Positions 45,088-59,818 of a stretch of 64,000 bases of DNA are shown one piece after another. The DNA is from Adineta vaga. Lineage: Eukaryota; Animalia; Rotifera. Each line of letters begins with the position of its first letter. Position 1 is the first letter of the stretch. The stretch lies in NCBI GenBank assembly GCA_021613535.1, contig CP075496.1, forward strand, positions 9,176,001 to 9,240,000, in the 5' to 3' direction. The translations under genes and the position numbers were made by a program. The notes under the pieces were generated by a model, which was not told the DNA's origin, did not search any database, and worked only from the letters and a program-made list of their open reading frames with translations.

Positions 45088-45970
45088 CACATACGAAAAA
45101 GAAATCACAGCAATATATTTGATTCCTTCATACTTGAATACTTCTGTTGAAGATATTTGATCATAATATTTTATCGGTACTTAGATGATAAATCAAGTCA
45201 TTTTACAACATCATTATGTACATGAGTAGAAGAAGATAAGGACACTCAATTTTTTTCTATTTTTAATTGAAACTTAATAAATCTGACCCATCGACACCCA
45301 CTTCATTGTTCTTTGTTACATTGTTATATGTCCAAGTATTAGCACATGTACATTAATGTATTATACGATGATCCAGTGAATCAAAAGGAACAATATTACT
45401 TGGATATACAAGTAAAATAATTATTTCGTAACAATCATCGATCATTAGGAGTAGGTTTGACAACGAAACAACATTTTGTACCAGGATACAGCCTGACAGG
45501 TCTGGTTTACAATGGTAAAGGAATAATGCAGATATGAAAATGTATATATTTCAAAACGAAAGAATATTAGGTCTCGCCATTCATGTCCAATCACCATACG
45601 CTATAAACTATTATGTTCAAAATTGAAGATCGAATTTATAATAATTCAAACAATCGATGGGCAACAAATTTCATTTGAATGTTTCAATAAACAACCACCT
45701 CCACCTGTCACTGAAAATTTATTTAATTAATTATATACTCTCTTGTTAATATTTTTATAACCAATATATACGTATAACTATTATTTGTGTAAACTCAAAA
45801 TATCTCCGTAATATATTATTTTACTATTTACATAATTTAACGAAAAAGAAAAATATAAAATAGATAAGAAAATTCTCAGCTCATAAAAAATGTGAAAATA
45901 CTGCAATGTACTTTACATCTTTATATGAAATGAACAAAAGATCCAATGATTGGGAAAGCATATTTGAACG

Positions 45971-47260
45971 TTAAAAATAGTTTGAATTATTACTACTGAA
46001 AGAATTATAAACTCTTGAATTCCATGATTGTTCGTTATTTAGTGTTACCTTTCTCTCATCTAAATCATCAAACCAACTATCGACACCACCCATTAGGATT
46101 TTGACCACATACTATAGAGAAAAGAAAAGAAAACGATAGCAAATGATGATTTAATAAAGCTAAATAACGAACATCACCAAAACCAAATGGAAAATCTCTT
46201 CCTTGTTTAGCTTGAATTTCTTTTTTTTCACTTTGATAATCATCGACAACATCAAGATTTGGAATTTGTTTATCCCAATTATTCAAATATTCCATACTTT
46301 TATCATCGTCTAAAGCAAAATATCGAGACAAAATTCTTTGTAACGCATGAAAATTCTTTTTTCTTTTTTTGTATTTACCTGTACAAGCAATAATTGTGAC
46401 TGGAATCTGATTAGTTGGTTGTCGTTCATTTCTGAGTACATGTTCAAGAGTACGAATATCTGGACGTTCACGTTCATCTGTAGGAATTCCATCAGTGGCG
46501 AGAAGTATTAATAGATTGCGTTCATAAATTTGATTACGTTTATCGTGAAGTACTTGCCGAAGAACAGGTACAATCGGTGTAGAACCTTAAAAAGATCCTT
46601 CGTGAAACAATTTCAAAATCTAAATCATCTACCTTCTGGTTCTAAAGCAAAAATCATTTCGAGTTCGGAAGAATTGCGTACGTGAAGCATTGGTTCTCGA
46701 TTAAGGAAATAGACGTCAACACCATCTGGATCAAAAACACTGGCAAGATCCACTACAATAGATACTGTTTGCTTTAATTCATCCCCTAGAAAACATATAC
46801 AAATCAGTTCAATATTATAATATTCCATCAAATCTTACAACGTGTTCTTTGTTGTTCATGTGAATTACCAATTGTACCTTTTGTTGAAAAAAAAAGAAAT
46901 GTTGTTAGACAATTGGAAGTGAAGAAAATACGAGGGTATAGCTTACCAAGTGGTGCACTCATTGATCCTGAATCATCACATATAAAAACAATTTCATAAC
47001 CTTTCAATTTACGTAATTTTTCTGCAAAAGTTGGATTGACTAGATGGATTATCAAAAAATGCATAGTTATAGAAGATGATTTTCCACGAAAGTCTATACA
47101 TACTTTCATAACGTCTGACAAATTCATCTAAACCAGGTAACGATTCATCATGTCGTTGTGAATAATTCGAATGTGATTGATATGACGATCGAGGATTATT
47201 AACAACGGAATCATAAGATGGTGGCGGAGAAGATGGATGTGGATAATTGGGTGAATCCAT
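45971..47260 (-). CDS. von Willebrand factor A (VWA) domain protein with Pro-rich N-terminus, multi-exon
   Basis: MIDAS FICDDSGSM, GVDVYFLNR, GSTP, LLATDGIPTD, LDVVDDY; PPPSY motif at N-terminus. Confidence 0.8.
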
Positions 47261-48219
47261 TATAAGTGTACTGAGTATATGAATAATATTTATTCTTAGT
47301 CTTGTTTTTTTCTGGAAGAAGACAAATATTTTGATCGAAAGAACGGCAGAGACAATAACTTATAATGTACGTGCTGGAAGAACGGGGAAAATGGTAAATA
47401 ACAAAACGGATGAAGAATAATGACGTGTAACAAAGTATTAATATGATGTATGGAAGTTAAATAATTCTCTTTGTTTTCGTTCTCGACAATTTCTTACAAT
47501 TTTCTGTCAAAAATAAGAAAAGGTTGAAACTGAATGCTAGTATTTCTATATATTCTCAGGGAGATGTTTTATTTATACAATTGACAATATTACAGCATAA
47601 TGTTTCAGAATAGAATATTCTCGTAAAGACTCTTCGTCATTGACATGTATGATTAATCCATGTCGGATTTTTCTTTTACGTTTCTTTCTTCCGTGCACCA
47701 GAATACAAACGCTACAAAATCACTTACGATTATGTATTCGTCGAATACAGTAGGATAGTTGATTCATTCATCACGGTCATTATGACTACCATAGTCATGT
47801 CATTCTCCTCCAGTCATTCGTAGATGTCTCTATCTATCATTGAACATCTATGTATTTATGTTAATTATTCGTATAGTTTCTTCTATAAATGTATAAATTT
47901 TATTGTTCGAATTATTAATAATAAAGATAGTGCTCAAAATAATCTTTGAATTCATTTTTTCTCTTCTTTCAATGAAAACGAGGCAATTACAAAATGATTC
48001 TTCTGCAACATTCGATTTAAGTTCGTGATGAAGAATCTGATAGAAAAAATATCAAATTCATTTTGATCACTTATATTAATCACTGAAATAATCTGTAAAT
48101 AACTTCGTATAATTTAGACCTAGAGCGTTTTGTTTATTTTGAACTTTGCTATACAATCAAGACCCTTAACAAACAAAATATATGGAATTATTTATTGTGG
48201 ATGATCAAAAACAAATATT

Positions 48220-51200
48220 TTAGTCTAATCCGCCAGTACCTAGATTTGCATCCAACATTTGATTGTAGCATGGTGAATCAGGATCTGTAAAATGTCGATG
48301 AACTATTCGAATAGAAAAAAAGAAAAATAATTTATTGTTTATTGTTTATTTTAACGAAATCATATTTGAAATAAAACAAACTAACTTACTATCAGTATCA
48401 TCAGTTGTTAAACATCGCCAACAAAATTGAGTATCACATAATGTACATCTTACTGCATTACATCCAGTATATTTATCGATCGGTGTTCGACATTTCGGAC
48501 AATATTTATAAGATAATTTACCAAGATTATACGCCAAAATAGTATCTTCATCTTTTTCGTCATGTAATTTTTTATATTGTTCACAAGTCATACCGGTATG
48601 ATATTCGACTTCACATGATGTACAGTAAACTTTGATACATTGATCACAAAAATACATCGATGTACAATTCGATGGACGATATACCTAAAGTAGAACAAAA
48701 GAGGAAATTTGAAGTAACATTCAAAATGTTCTCTACCTGTTTACAATCAATTCCCATACATTGTACTAGATTACTATCACCTCGTCGAATGTAGATTTGA
48801 AATGCAATCATGGCTAGACGAGCCATTCGTTCAAAACCAAGTATTGAAACAATATCACGAATGAGACAAACTTCATTACAATGTTGTAATGGACATGATA
48901 ATTTAAAAGCATCAAAACTTATTGTTACATCGAAATAAGTATCAAAATAAGCAGTCAAACATGAATGACAAAATGTATGTCCACATTGTTGTAATGCATA
49001 TGGAGAATCAAAATCACAAGCACATATCGGACAAATATTTATCGTATCTGTGGACTTGTTTTCATTGGAATGACTAGAAATTCGTAAAAAATTATCTAGA
49101 ATTTGAGTCACTTTTTCTTCACATTCAGTCACTGTTTCTCGATCACCCGAAATGACAATTAGATGTTTAATAATATTGATTACTACTTTGGTTTTCTTAT
49201 TATTTAATTCTCGAAAATTCTTGGAATTTTGAATACATTGTCGAATACAATCTATGAATACAATAAATTCATTATATCAAAGAACAATATTGAATACTAA
49301 CTTTTTGGAATTGGTATTGATATTGAATGTTCACGTTGTGCAACAATTTCTTGAACGTAAGTACTTATTTGTTTATGAGCATTTTGACAAGCTTGTTCTT
49401 CACCAAATATACGTAGAAAAGTGGACTTCCAATTCCACCATATATATGTACCCGTACGAGTTTGAAGATCATCCAAGAATTTTTGTCCTGCTGTATCAAA
49501 AAGTATTGTCACCTAGATAAATGTAATGAAAATGTGTGAGTTTTGAAAGATGAGAAAAGTATTAAGACATCTTAAATATCAATTAACATAGAACTTACCC
49601 ATAGATGATTGTAAAGTTGAAATTGTAAACCTTTCAATAGATCATCAAATAATATGCGTGCTTTATACAACTGTTGAATATTTGATCCTCGAATAGAAAT
49701 TAAAACATGAGGTTTATCATAGATCATGATAGGTTTTTTAAATAGATCAACACTGGCAAAATTGGAATCTTCTTTAATCGTAGTAATCTTTTGTTCAATT
49801 TCTTTGTTGATAGCTTGAGCAAGTGTTTCATGAAGAACAATTCGATGTGAAACAATAGGCATAAAATGAAGTTGATTTAGTTCAGTTTGTTGTATGGTAA
49901 TTTTATCTAATGAATCACATATATTGTTTGCTGTGATGATTTCTCGAGGATCATGAAAGCGAACATATGCCACAACACGACCATCATTTGTTGGCGAACG
50001 AATGTCAATTTCAGGTTCAGAAAGAAGTTGATTTTTTGATTCAAATAATGATTTGAGTTTGATCACTGCCTTTCGATTTTCGTCTTCTAAAATTCGAGAT
50101 CGATTGGAAAAGTAATTTTCCGGTAATTTCATTCGATAGACAATTATATATGTCATGGAATCGCTAATACCATGTTGATCGAGCAAACCAGTAAGATATT
50201 TTTCATCAACATGACTTGGTAATTTACTAAGTTTAATACGAAATTCATCTTTTCTCAATTCATTTCGTTTAGTTGTTGCATTCAGTGGGCGCTGTTCCTG
50301 AATGTTGGCTCGTAGAATTCCTGAACCCAATGGAAATTTCATATCATTAATGTCATTCACAACCTTTCGTATCTCCTCTTCATCAGTAAATTGAACATAT
50401 GCAACAACTTGACCACCATTTAGAACAGGTTCAACAAAAATCGATTGCGATTGAAACGATTTGTATGTATCGAACAAAGATCGTATGATATTATCAGTAC
50501 CAGCTGGTGTAGTCATTATGATATTTTTACGTGTTCGAAGTATGGCAATTTGTGTTGCATCAACAAAAATTGTTTTCAGATTGGTTTCATCTAAATTTCG
50601 TGGTACGTTTCGAAGATAGAGTGATGTATTTGATCTTCGACTTTGTTCAATACGAAATGGATGTTCATATTGAGCTTCTATGGCCTAGAACAGATAAAAT
50701 TGAAAATATATTCTTTGAGTAACATTATCATTGAATAAAAGTTGAATAAACTTACTGCTTGTGCTTGTTCAACTGTTTCAAAATGGACAATAGCATGTCC
50801 ATGATGAGGTGTCAATGGCCATGTACACCTTATTGTTGGATTAGCACAGGAGATTTCAAATTGACAGTAGAAATGATGACGTCTTGTAAATATATGATAC
50901 GCTTGTTGTGCTGTATGAAGTTTACTAAATACTATTCGACCACTACATTCCGAATCTGTTAAAAACCATTGTGCTTTCAATGTATAACTCTGTTTTTTCG
51001 TATCGACTGTTGTTCGAATATAACTAGGCCGAACATGTATTGCATAATCATTCCATTTTTCACGTGCTAATTCATTCACAGCCGTATGTGCTGCTGCACA
51101 TTCAACATAAGTAACAGAAGCCGAAGTACTATTTTGATTTGTTCGGATCATTGTTACATTACGTACTAAAATACTACTATATGTTTTATCAAAAAAAAAT

Positions 51201-54200
51201 GTACGCCATTCCAATTTACCTTGTCCGTATCGTTCACATTTTTCTTGAATTTGTTCTTCAGTGATCTTTCGTGGCAAATTCGTGAGAAAAATTTTAACAT
51301 ACTCCTCATCGACCAATGCCAGTCGAGGTTCAGCACCAGCCCCCAATAAAATTCTCGTCGAACCAATGATTTCAAATTCTTGCAATTCATTGCGTAGTTT
51401 TCCGCGTTCTGCATCTAAAATCTTCTGTATATATTGTTGAGCATTAAGCAGTTTATTTTTTTGTCCCCAGATAGTTAGCTTTGATTGTATACGATCAACT
51501 TCAAATAAAACATTTAATTGTTCTTCAAGTTCTGGTATTTTTCGACATCTTCTTCCAACTAATGAAAGTAATAGCGCTGGTCCCATATTGGTAAAAGTAT
51601 AATCTTCATATACACATTGTGATGGTGAACGTGGTAATGATTGTAGCCACGATTGATTAAGCCAATCAAGTTCAACTGGACAGATAACAGTTAGATAGTT
51701 AGTTTCATTAATATTGAGTATTTCATGATAGAGAATAAATTTTGGTGTTTGTTGTACATAACTAATCGTCGATGATCGATGTATTCGTGCAACTGTATCT
51801 ATAGTACTTGTTGCTAATTGATAACCAGCACGGATAGGTCCATTTGAAATTGCGAGATTTTGAAAGAAACCAGAACAGATGCAACGAACGATTCGTTCCA
51901 TTAAGTCATTAGTTAATTTAGAGAAATAGATCGGAGAATTTGGTGCAATTTGATAGGCAAGTTCTCGAATGAAACTATTGGCCATTTTCATAGATTTCCA
52001 TCGAATCATATGTCTAATACACCAAGATTTTCGACTCTCATTATACTCATCTACAGTATACCATTCAAGAAAAATACGTAATAAAACCATATAATCACCA
52101 CCAATATCTGTATCTCTCATAAATGAAGATCGTATTTCATCAATAAATTGTTTTGATTGATCATCTTTACTACGCCACCAGACATTTTGTACCACACTTA
52201 ACATACCAACAAGTGCAAGAATATGACTGAGACAATTAAGTTGTTGTCCAGTAAAAATCATAACTGAAAGCATCGGTTCAAGGCCAAGTTTAGCCATATT
52301 TCGACCTAAGTAGGTTAACTCTCCTGTCTTTGAATTGAGTGCCTTTAACCATGTTAAACAGTTGATAGTTTCTGTCAGACTAATATTTGAAGGCTCTTCT
52401 AACCAGTAAAACTTTGTTATATCCTCAACTATTTTAAGGTGTTTCAATTTCAATACAGCGATACTTGGTTGTATGCATAGAATCTCTGCTCGAGAACAAA
52501 TATCCAACGATTGATACGTATCATAGGTATATAAATGATAACACTAGAATGATATAATCAGATTTATTCTCTAGTAGATATTATTATTTATGAAGTTTAA
52601 CCTTTCCAGCTGATGTTCGTCCAGCACGTCCGCGTCGTTGTTTTACTGAACTTTGTGTTGTATATCCAATTTTAAGTACACGCATACGTCGTCTCGAATC
52701 CCACATAGCTTCTTTAACCATTCCAGAATCGATAACATATCGAATTCCTTCGATAGTTACCGATGTTTCAGCAACATTTGTTGAAAAGATAATTTTGCGT
52801 TGTTGCTTATGACTTGTAGGCATAAAGACGATTTTCGTTTCATCTTCATTTAATTTGCCATGCAACGGTAAGACAATCGCTGATTCAAGTGGATCGATTT
52901 TTTTTGTTACTTCATCAATAGCGCGATCGATTTCATCTTGGCCAGTAAGAAAAACAAGGATATCTCCCGGTGGTTGACTAGTATGAATTTCCAAAACTTT
53001 ATTTATTGCTTCATCCACATGATTCTCTGCATCTTCCATAGCATAGATATCTTCGATGGGAAAGGTGCGTCCTGGAATCTCAATGATACATCCTTCAGCG
53101 TAATAATTATACAATAATTTTTCGTCGAGAGTAGCGGACATAATGATTAACTAAAGACAATTTCTTTTTATCATAACAATCAATCTAAAATTAGATATTT
53201 AACTTACTTTTATATCATAGCGTTCACATATACAACATCTCAAGGCACCAAAGAGTAGATCGGTATCAACTCGTCTTTCATGAGCTTCATCGATAATAAT
53301 TATCGAGTAGGCACTTAACATTCGATCGGTTTGATATTCATTCAAGAGAACAGAATCAGTCACAAAACGCATTTTCGTACGACTTGAAATTTGCGGTTGA
53401 GAAGCACCAACTTGATAACCAACCTAGATAGACAATGAAACAAATTAATAGTATACATTCAATACAATCATTTTGATTATTTCTATGGATATCTTACCTC
53501 TTCACCCACTTTACATCCAAATTCTTTAGCAACTCGAGCAGATAATTCACGTACAGCTAAACGACGTGGTTGTGTACAGACAATGGGTTCTAATCAAATT
53601 AAAACACTTAACGAACTCAATAGAAACATTACTAAGATGTACACTAACTTTTATCCGCTAAACCAGCATCAACAAGATACTGAATCAACTGACTACTTTT
53701 ACCAGAACCAGTATCGGCTTTGAGTATGATGACACGATTACTCGATTTGACTATATCAATTAATTCATCACGTCGTGCATAAATAGGTAAACGAGCTTTA
53801 AGACGTTGAGTTTCTCGTCTTAATCTATCTGCCAGTAGTCGAGTATTTTCTAATGTTGTTGGATTCAATGTTGATAATGTACTAATAGTATTTTCAAATG
53901 TTTTTAGTTGATCTTTCAATTCCTGAAGATTTGTTTCTTTAGAAAATTTAACATCATCATCGGCTTCTTGCAATGCTAATTGTTCATCGATAAGAGCTTG
54001 ATGTACTGAACTTACTTCAGGTACTTTTTCCTGTAAAAAAGAATAGTTGAAACATTTTATAGATCTATCATCAAAGCTATATCTTACATACATGAAATAG
54101 AACTTTAATTTCATTGAATAATTGTTGTAAACGTGGTGAAGAAACAGTTGCTTGTTGGTCAGTCAAGATGTTCGTTGTGAATCTTGATTTTGAAACTACC

Positions 54201-54586
54201 ATCTTACAATCTGTCGATGTTCGTGACCATGAATGTGATGAAGAATGGAAATTATTTGACTGTTCTTTTATTGAAAAATAGTTTTTATTTTCATTTACAT
54301 CAGCATATGAAGACATCTGTCGTTCTGTTGCTATGCAATTGGAGAAATCTTGATTGGTATTATGTTGTTCATAGAATGATGAATATGCAGTATCTTCGTC
54401 GTCATAGTCGAGTTGATTTTCGCCAGAAAAATTTTTGTTCCGTTGTTGATTATCATTCGAACCATAGTAGTCGTGTGGATCGTATGAGTTGTGACGATAT
54501 TTATCAAGATGTCCATAGTGACAATTAGATCGTTTACATGTCAGCCCATTTTTACACTGCTTTTGTTTATTCATTGCTGATGCCAT
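48220..54586 (-). CDS. CCCH zinc finger - DEAH-box RNA helicase - RRM/KH-like region - RBR (RING-IBR-RING) E3 ligase fusion, multi-exon
   Basis: CKNGLTCKRSNCHYGH; DTGSGKSS, CTQPRRLA, IIDEAHE, MSAT, FLTGQDEI, STNVAETSVTI, QRRGRAGR; HA2/OB region; RING1 CPIC..CGHTFCHSC, IBR, RING2 CPKC..GCNAVRC..FCWRC. Confidence 0.9.
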
Positions 54587-54981
54587 TTGTAAATTAATGA
54601 TTGAGAAACTACAACGTGTTTAATTTTTTATATCGATTTGAAAGTAAGTTGAAAGAAAAGATGACAGAATTATAAGAAAAACAGATGATTCACTAGAAAA
54701 TTTGCCCAGTATGCGAAGGTTTTTTCCATCTTTTACCTATTGCGAAAGAAATATGAGACAACCAGTGACACAGCTGTCGACACTTACATATTTGATTTGT
54801 CTGAGGATTATTTTTTGAACTGAACTAGTAAATAATTAGCTATTTTCTGAAAAACTATATCAATGATATTTTGAAGATGGGGCATAAAACAAAAACAACA
54901 TATTTATTTCAAAAAGCTTTGAATTACACACTATGATTTTATTTCAATAGATATCAATTATAAAAATATCTAGCTAATATT

Positions 54982-57511
54982 TCAATTGTGTAAATCATAT
55001 GTTTTTAAGTATATAATCCAGACATTTTCTGCGTCTGGCAATTCACGTATATTGCCTATTTGAAAGATACTACCCATAGCAAAGAGTACTTCATCTTCAT
55101 CGGGAAACATTGAATAGCGAGATATATTAGCATAGGGACGTATTTTTGAAATCGAATCTGATTCAATACTGAATACAACTGAAATATCATCGGAATTGTT
55201 TTGAAATATATTAGCATACATTAGAGCAATTTGCATTGATGTTGTTGTAGACAAGAATGTATTGATTGAAATAACACTACCACGAAGTTCTTTGAAAGAG
55301 TTAAATTCTTGATAAGACATCAGTTGACCACGATAAAAGGTTTCTGTTGATGGTAAACCGGATCTTTCAAGCCAATTGTTCTGTCTGTATGATTCATTTA
55401 AATGTGTATAAATATCAGTAAGAATATAGCGTAATTTAAACATTGCATCAACGTTACTCTCTCGAAGTGTTTGATTGATCGTTCTACAGACAAACGAATC
55501 GCGTGTGTACCATTGTACAGCTGCATGCGGAATGTATTCTATTTCAAATTGATCTATTTCCGCGAGAATTGTTTCATCATCAGAGTAGAGCCGACGAAAT
55601 TCAGTGATCATTTCTTGTCTAGACTCATATGTATGTGGTACGCAAAGGATACTGTCAATAGTACGTTGATGAGCAAGAAACATATGCTTTTGTTCTTCAT
55701 CATAAACAGTAATTGGCAGTGGTAATCGTAATTTTGTGTTCTCGACATCTTTCAACATCTATATAAAATTAGAAATTGACTTTGATCTCATACTAAAATT
55801 CTGTCCTACCTTAGTTTCATTAGTTGTATTCGATTGAACATACCATTTAATGATGGAGATACCTAATGACTTCTTAAGTGTATCAAAGTCTTTTTGTATT
55901 TGACTGATGAGTTTTTTCGAATCATTAAATACACCATGGATTTCTGAATGATTTCGAGCCCATTCCAAATTTGGATCGAGATGTGCACAATAAATATATG
56001 TAGCAAATAATTGTTTGATCACACATATTCCTGTTTGAAATAATGTATTGCCAAGTGATCCTGACACTACGAGAAATATATATCGTTGTTCACGTAATTG
56101 TGTTTCAATGAATGCTAAACAATTTGTTATCTTATTGAAAAATGTCCATTGAAATGGTTGAATAAATTGATCAAATTCATTGTTTGATTCGCCTAACATT
56201 TCATCAAACCAAATGAAAGAAATTGATTGTATTTTCGAAGAATCTAAACGAGCATAGTCAAACGAAGATATATTTTGGAAACGACATTTGTCTACAAATT
56301 GAAAAGTGAACTGTCTTCGTTGATTCATTTTACTATTTTTTTGTTCCGAAGTTAATTTAGGCTATTTAAAAGAAAAAAAATATAATATAAATGAACAAGA
56401 AGAAATAGAATAGATATGTCTTTTCATCTTACTTCAAGTCGAAGATCTCCATTTGCAATACAATCTAGATACCACTCAAAAATTTCTGATGTTACTTCTA
56501 TTTGTCGTTCAGCAAATGTAACGTGAGCTCGACGAAGTGCCGAATGAAATCGAGGATTTTCGTCCAATTGATTAAAATCAGTAGGTGCTACTCGTGAGAC
56601 TTTCCATTGTCGACCATATGTAAATGCAAAATTCCATCTAATCTCATTGTGAACAAGTTCATTCTCAAGAAATGCACACCAGTTATCTTCATCATCCATA
56701 ACATCTCTTTCAGTCGAAATCATCAATTTACTCCATTCACTTAAAATAGATAATTCATTTCCATACAAATAAAATCGAATTGGTGATAAACTTTTTATAA
56801 GTCGACACAAAAAATTGGGATGATCATTACTAAATAGTAGTTTATCGTACGGTAAAAGTGATATGTGTTCGTCCTTGATTGGTATATAATCATTTAATTG
56901 ATGAATAACTACTGAAGTGTATCCAATCTTGTTACCTACGATAAAATTGACATATTCTATGACTATATATATTGTTTTAATTAACGAATAAACTTACAGA
57001 TTTGTTGTAATCTTTGTTGAGTATTATCTAGATTTTCTTGACTACTGTTCAATGGAATAAGTAGAATATGACACGGTTCTGCCTTAAATAATGACATAGC
57101 CCATTCTTTTAGCGTACGTGCTTGTTGATAGTAAATTTTTGTAAGAGATATTCTTTCTAATTTGATTTGTTTTTCACCTTCTTCAGTCAAAAAACGTACG
57201 ATATCATTCGTCAGATTTAATGTCAACTGTCGCACTGAATTCTTTGTTCGATTTGATTGATCATGTTTGTAGACAGCTACCACGCGATGATTTCGTTCTA
57301 CCCGTTCCAAGAGATCTTTATCAAGAGAATCAAGAAGAATAATAAAATATCGTTGTAGACATGCATCAGTAAGTTGTGGACTCGTATCAATCAATTGCTC
57401 GAGTGAGTTTTCATCGAATATACATAATAATGGTACTGGTAATCTCAAACTAATACTTCCGATACTTCTGTTACAACCAAAGATTACAGCAGTTGGTTCA
57501 AATGATGCCAT
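54982..57511 (-). CDS. Multi-exon protein with degenerate receiver-like modules and C-terminal ADP-ribosyltransferase domain
   Basis: WYTRDSFVCRTINQTLR, FYRGQ, FLSTTTS, DEDEVL; FIWFD/IFLVVSGSLG receiver-like segment; four ORFs linked by GT-AG introns. Confidence 0.8.
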
Positions 57512-57981
57512 TCTCTAATTTGAAATTCTAGTCACGTTGTTCGAAAGAAAATAAATAAAGGTAGTAGCCGATAGTCAAGTATAATAAGAAGGAAATGAAA
57601 ACAACTTTGCTTTGTTGGAAAAAACCAAGGTGTACGTAGTAAGTTGGAAGATACCAAAAAAACAGTATTCTAGACGATTTTATTGTGTACTTATTGATAT
57701 GAAGCAATATTTATTTTTTGACAAAATAATAGAACTCTTCTAAATATATATGTATATATGAATCATTCTGAATTTTACCAGATAATTCAAGCAGACCTTG
57801 CGTTAATTTTATTGTAAAAAGTGTAAATATTTTCTCGTTTTCTATCGCACACGTTATTTTCTTTTTTTTTGTGTTCTTTTCATTTGCATATCTTACAGAA
57901 CGGAACAAAGAGTCTTTTCTCTTGTATATTGGAAAGAAATATTAGTTTATTATAACAATCGACTTCTAATAACGATACAGT

Positions 57982-59809
57982 ATGTCTGTCAAACAAGATT
58001 CATTATTTTGTACTTTACCTGTGGAACTTATTTTTCACATTTTTCGTTATCTCGATGTATACACTATTGTTCATTCATTTCGTCTCGTTTGCAGACAATT
58101 TTACACACTTGTTAATACTTATGATCAATTTGATTTCAACTTCAATATGATTTCAAAATCTGATTTTCATTATCTTTGTAATCTTATTCCACCGAAGAAT
58201 ATCAAGTCATTAATACTTTCTGATGACGATGGAACACCTGGTCAAATTGAATATTTCCTATCGCGCTTTCGTTTAAAACAATTTATTCATTTATACTCGT
58301 TGACTCTTCTGGACATTGATGACTGTCATCTAGGTATTATTTTGAAAGATATAAGTAAATTGAAACTCGTGGAATTAATCATTACTTCTAAACAAGATTT
58401 TTCTCAAAATAATACAATTTCAGATGGTTTATCATCGGCCATTTGTTTGCCTACTCTTCGAAAATTTTGTTTAGATATTCCAACCTTTGATATATCTCAA
58501 ATAATCTGGTCTTCTAAATGTATGCTACAGCATTTGGAAATTTATTGTTTTACTTTTGATGCATACTACAATATTCTTTATCATTTACCTAAACTACAAA
58601 CATAAGTAGTAGAAAAATTAACTATGAATGAACTGGATGGTATTATACCTGATCTGACAGATCTAACACCATCTTGCCACTTATCATCATTAACATTTAA
58701 ATATTGTAATATGAATATGGTCATGACTCAACTGCTTCTTTCACTAACACCAACCTTAGAACATTTGTGTTTGTTGCGTTCTGTTGATGTACATGATTTT
58801 ATAGCTTATCTAGCGGAATGGCAAAAGTTTATCGAAACAAAATTACTTTTATTAACTAAATTTGAGTTTCTTCTTACTGAATTCGTACTATTTCTAACGA
58901 CTTCTATTGATATTGAACAGTTGATTGCTCCATTTCGAACACCATTTTGGACGGAAATCAAACGTTGGTTTGTTATATGTGATTGTGACACGAACTCACG
59001 TTCTTTAATAATGTATTCCCCATCTGTATACGATCCTCGATTTGAATGCTCTTTTCATTCAAAACAAATCTCTCGTTCAACTTCAACATCAATGATTAGT
59101 AACACACTTATCATGAATCACATACGTAAATTGTGTATAGATTTAATTGAAGCAGTACCTACGATGACTTCAGCACAGGTATGCAGTCGTTGATATGTTT
59201 TTATCACTTATTCGCTCTTACATATAGGGTGGTTTGCCAAATACTCCTGTATTTCCTAATATTGATTGTCTTACATTGCGAATTCCTGACCCATGGCCAG
59301 TATGTTCACTTCATGTTCTTTCAACTCTTATCAACCTATCACATATAACTAAAATAGTGTTAAAAATTGGAGATTTATTGGATTCTCATCCGAATTTCTT
59401 TCGCAACGTTGATTTATTACTGAAATCGACACGAAATGTTTGTTCACTAGTTATATCTAGTGCTCGCTTCTATGCAAACTTACGTAATCGAGATTTGGAA
59501 ATATGTTCGATAATCCCAAAACATGTGAAACATCTCACCATCTCAATATCTACAATAGATCAAATGAATGTAGTCATGCAAAAACTAAAATATCGATCAA
59601 GCATTACATTCGTATATATGAACACTTCATTTGATCCTGCTGAGATGCATATAGAATGGTTTAAACGTGAAAATGGATATTATACTTATCGTTTAAGCAA
59701 TAGTGCTTTATCGATGTGGTTTGACAGAAGCGAGTACAGTGTAAGACGATTAACTGATCGAGATAATATTGACGAACAAATGACCGTAAATAATCCATTT
59801 CTAGTATAA
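57982..59809 (+). pseudogene. F-box/LRR-like protein with in-frame premature stop
   Basis: LPVELIFHIFRYL F-box; SLILSDDDGTPGQI; TAA at 58603-58605 is in frame with the ORF at 58624; intron at about 59179-59228. Confidence 0.75.
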
Positions 59810-59818
59810 CCATTTGTA

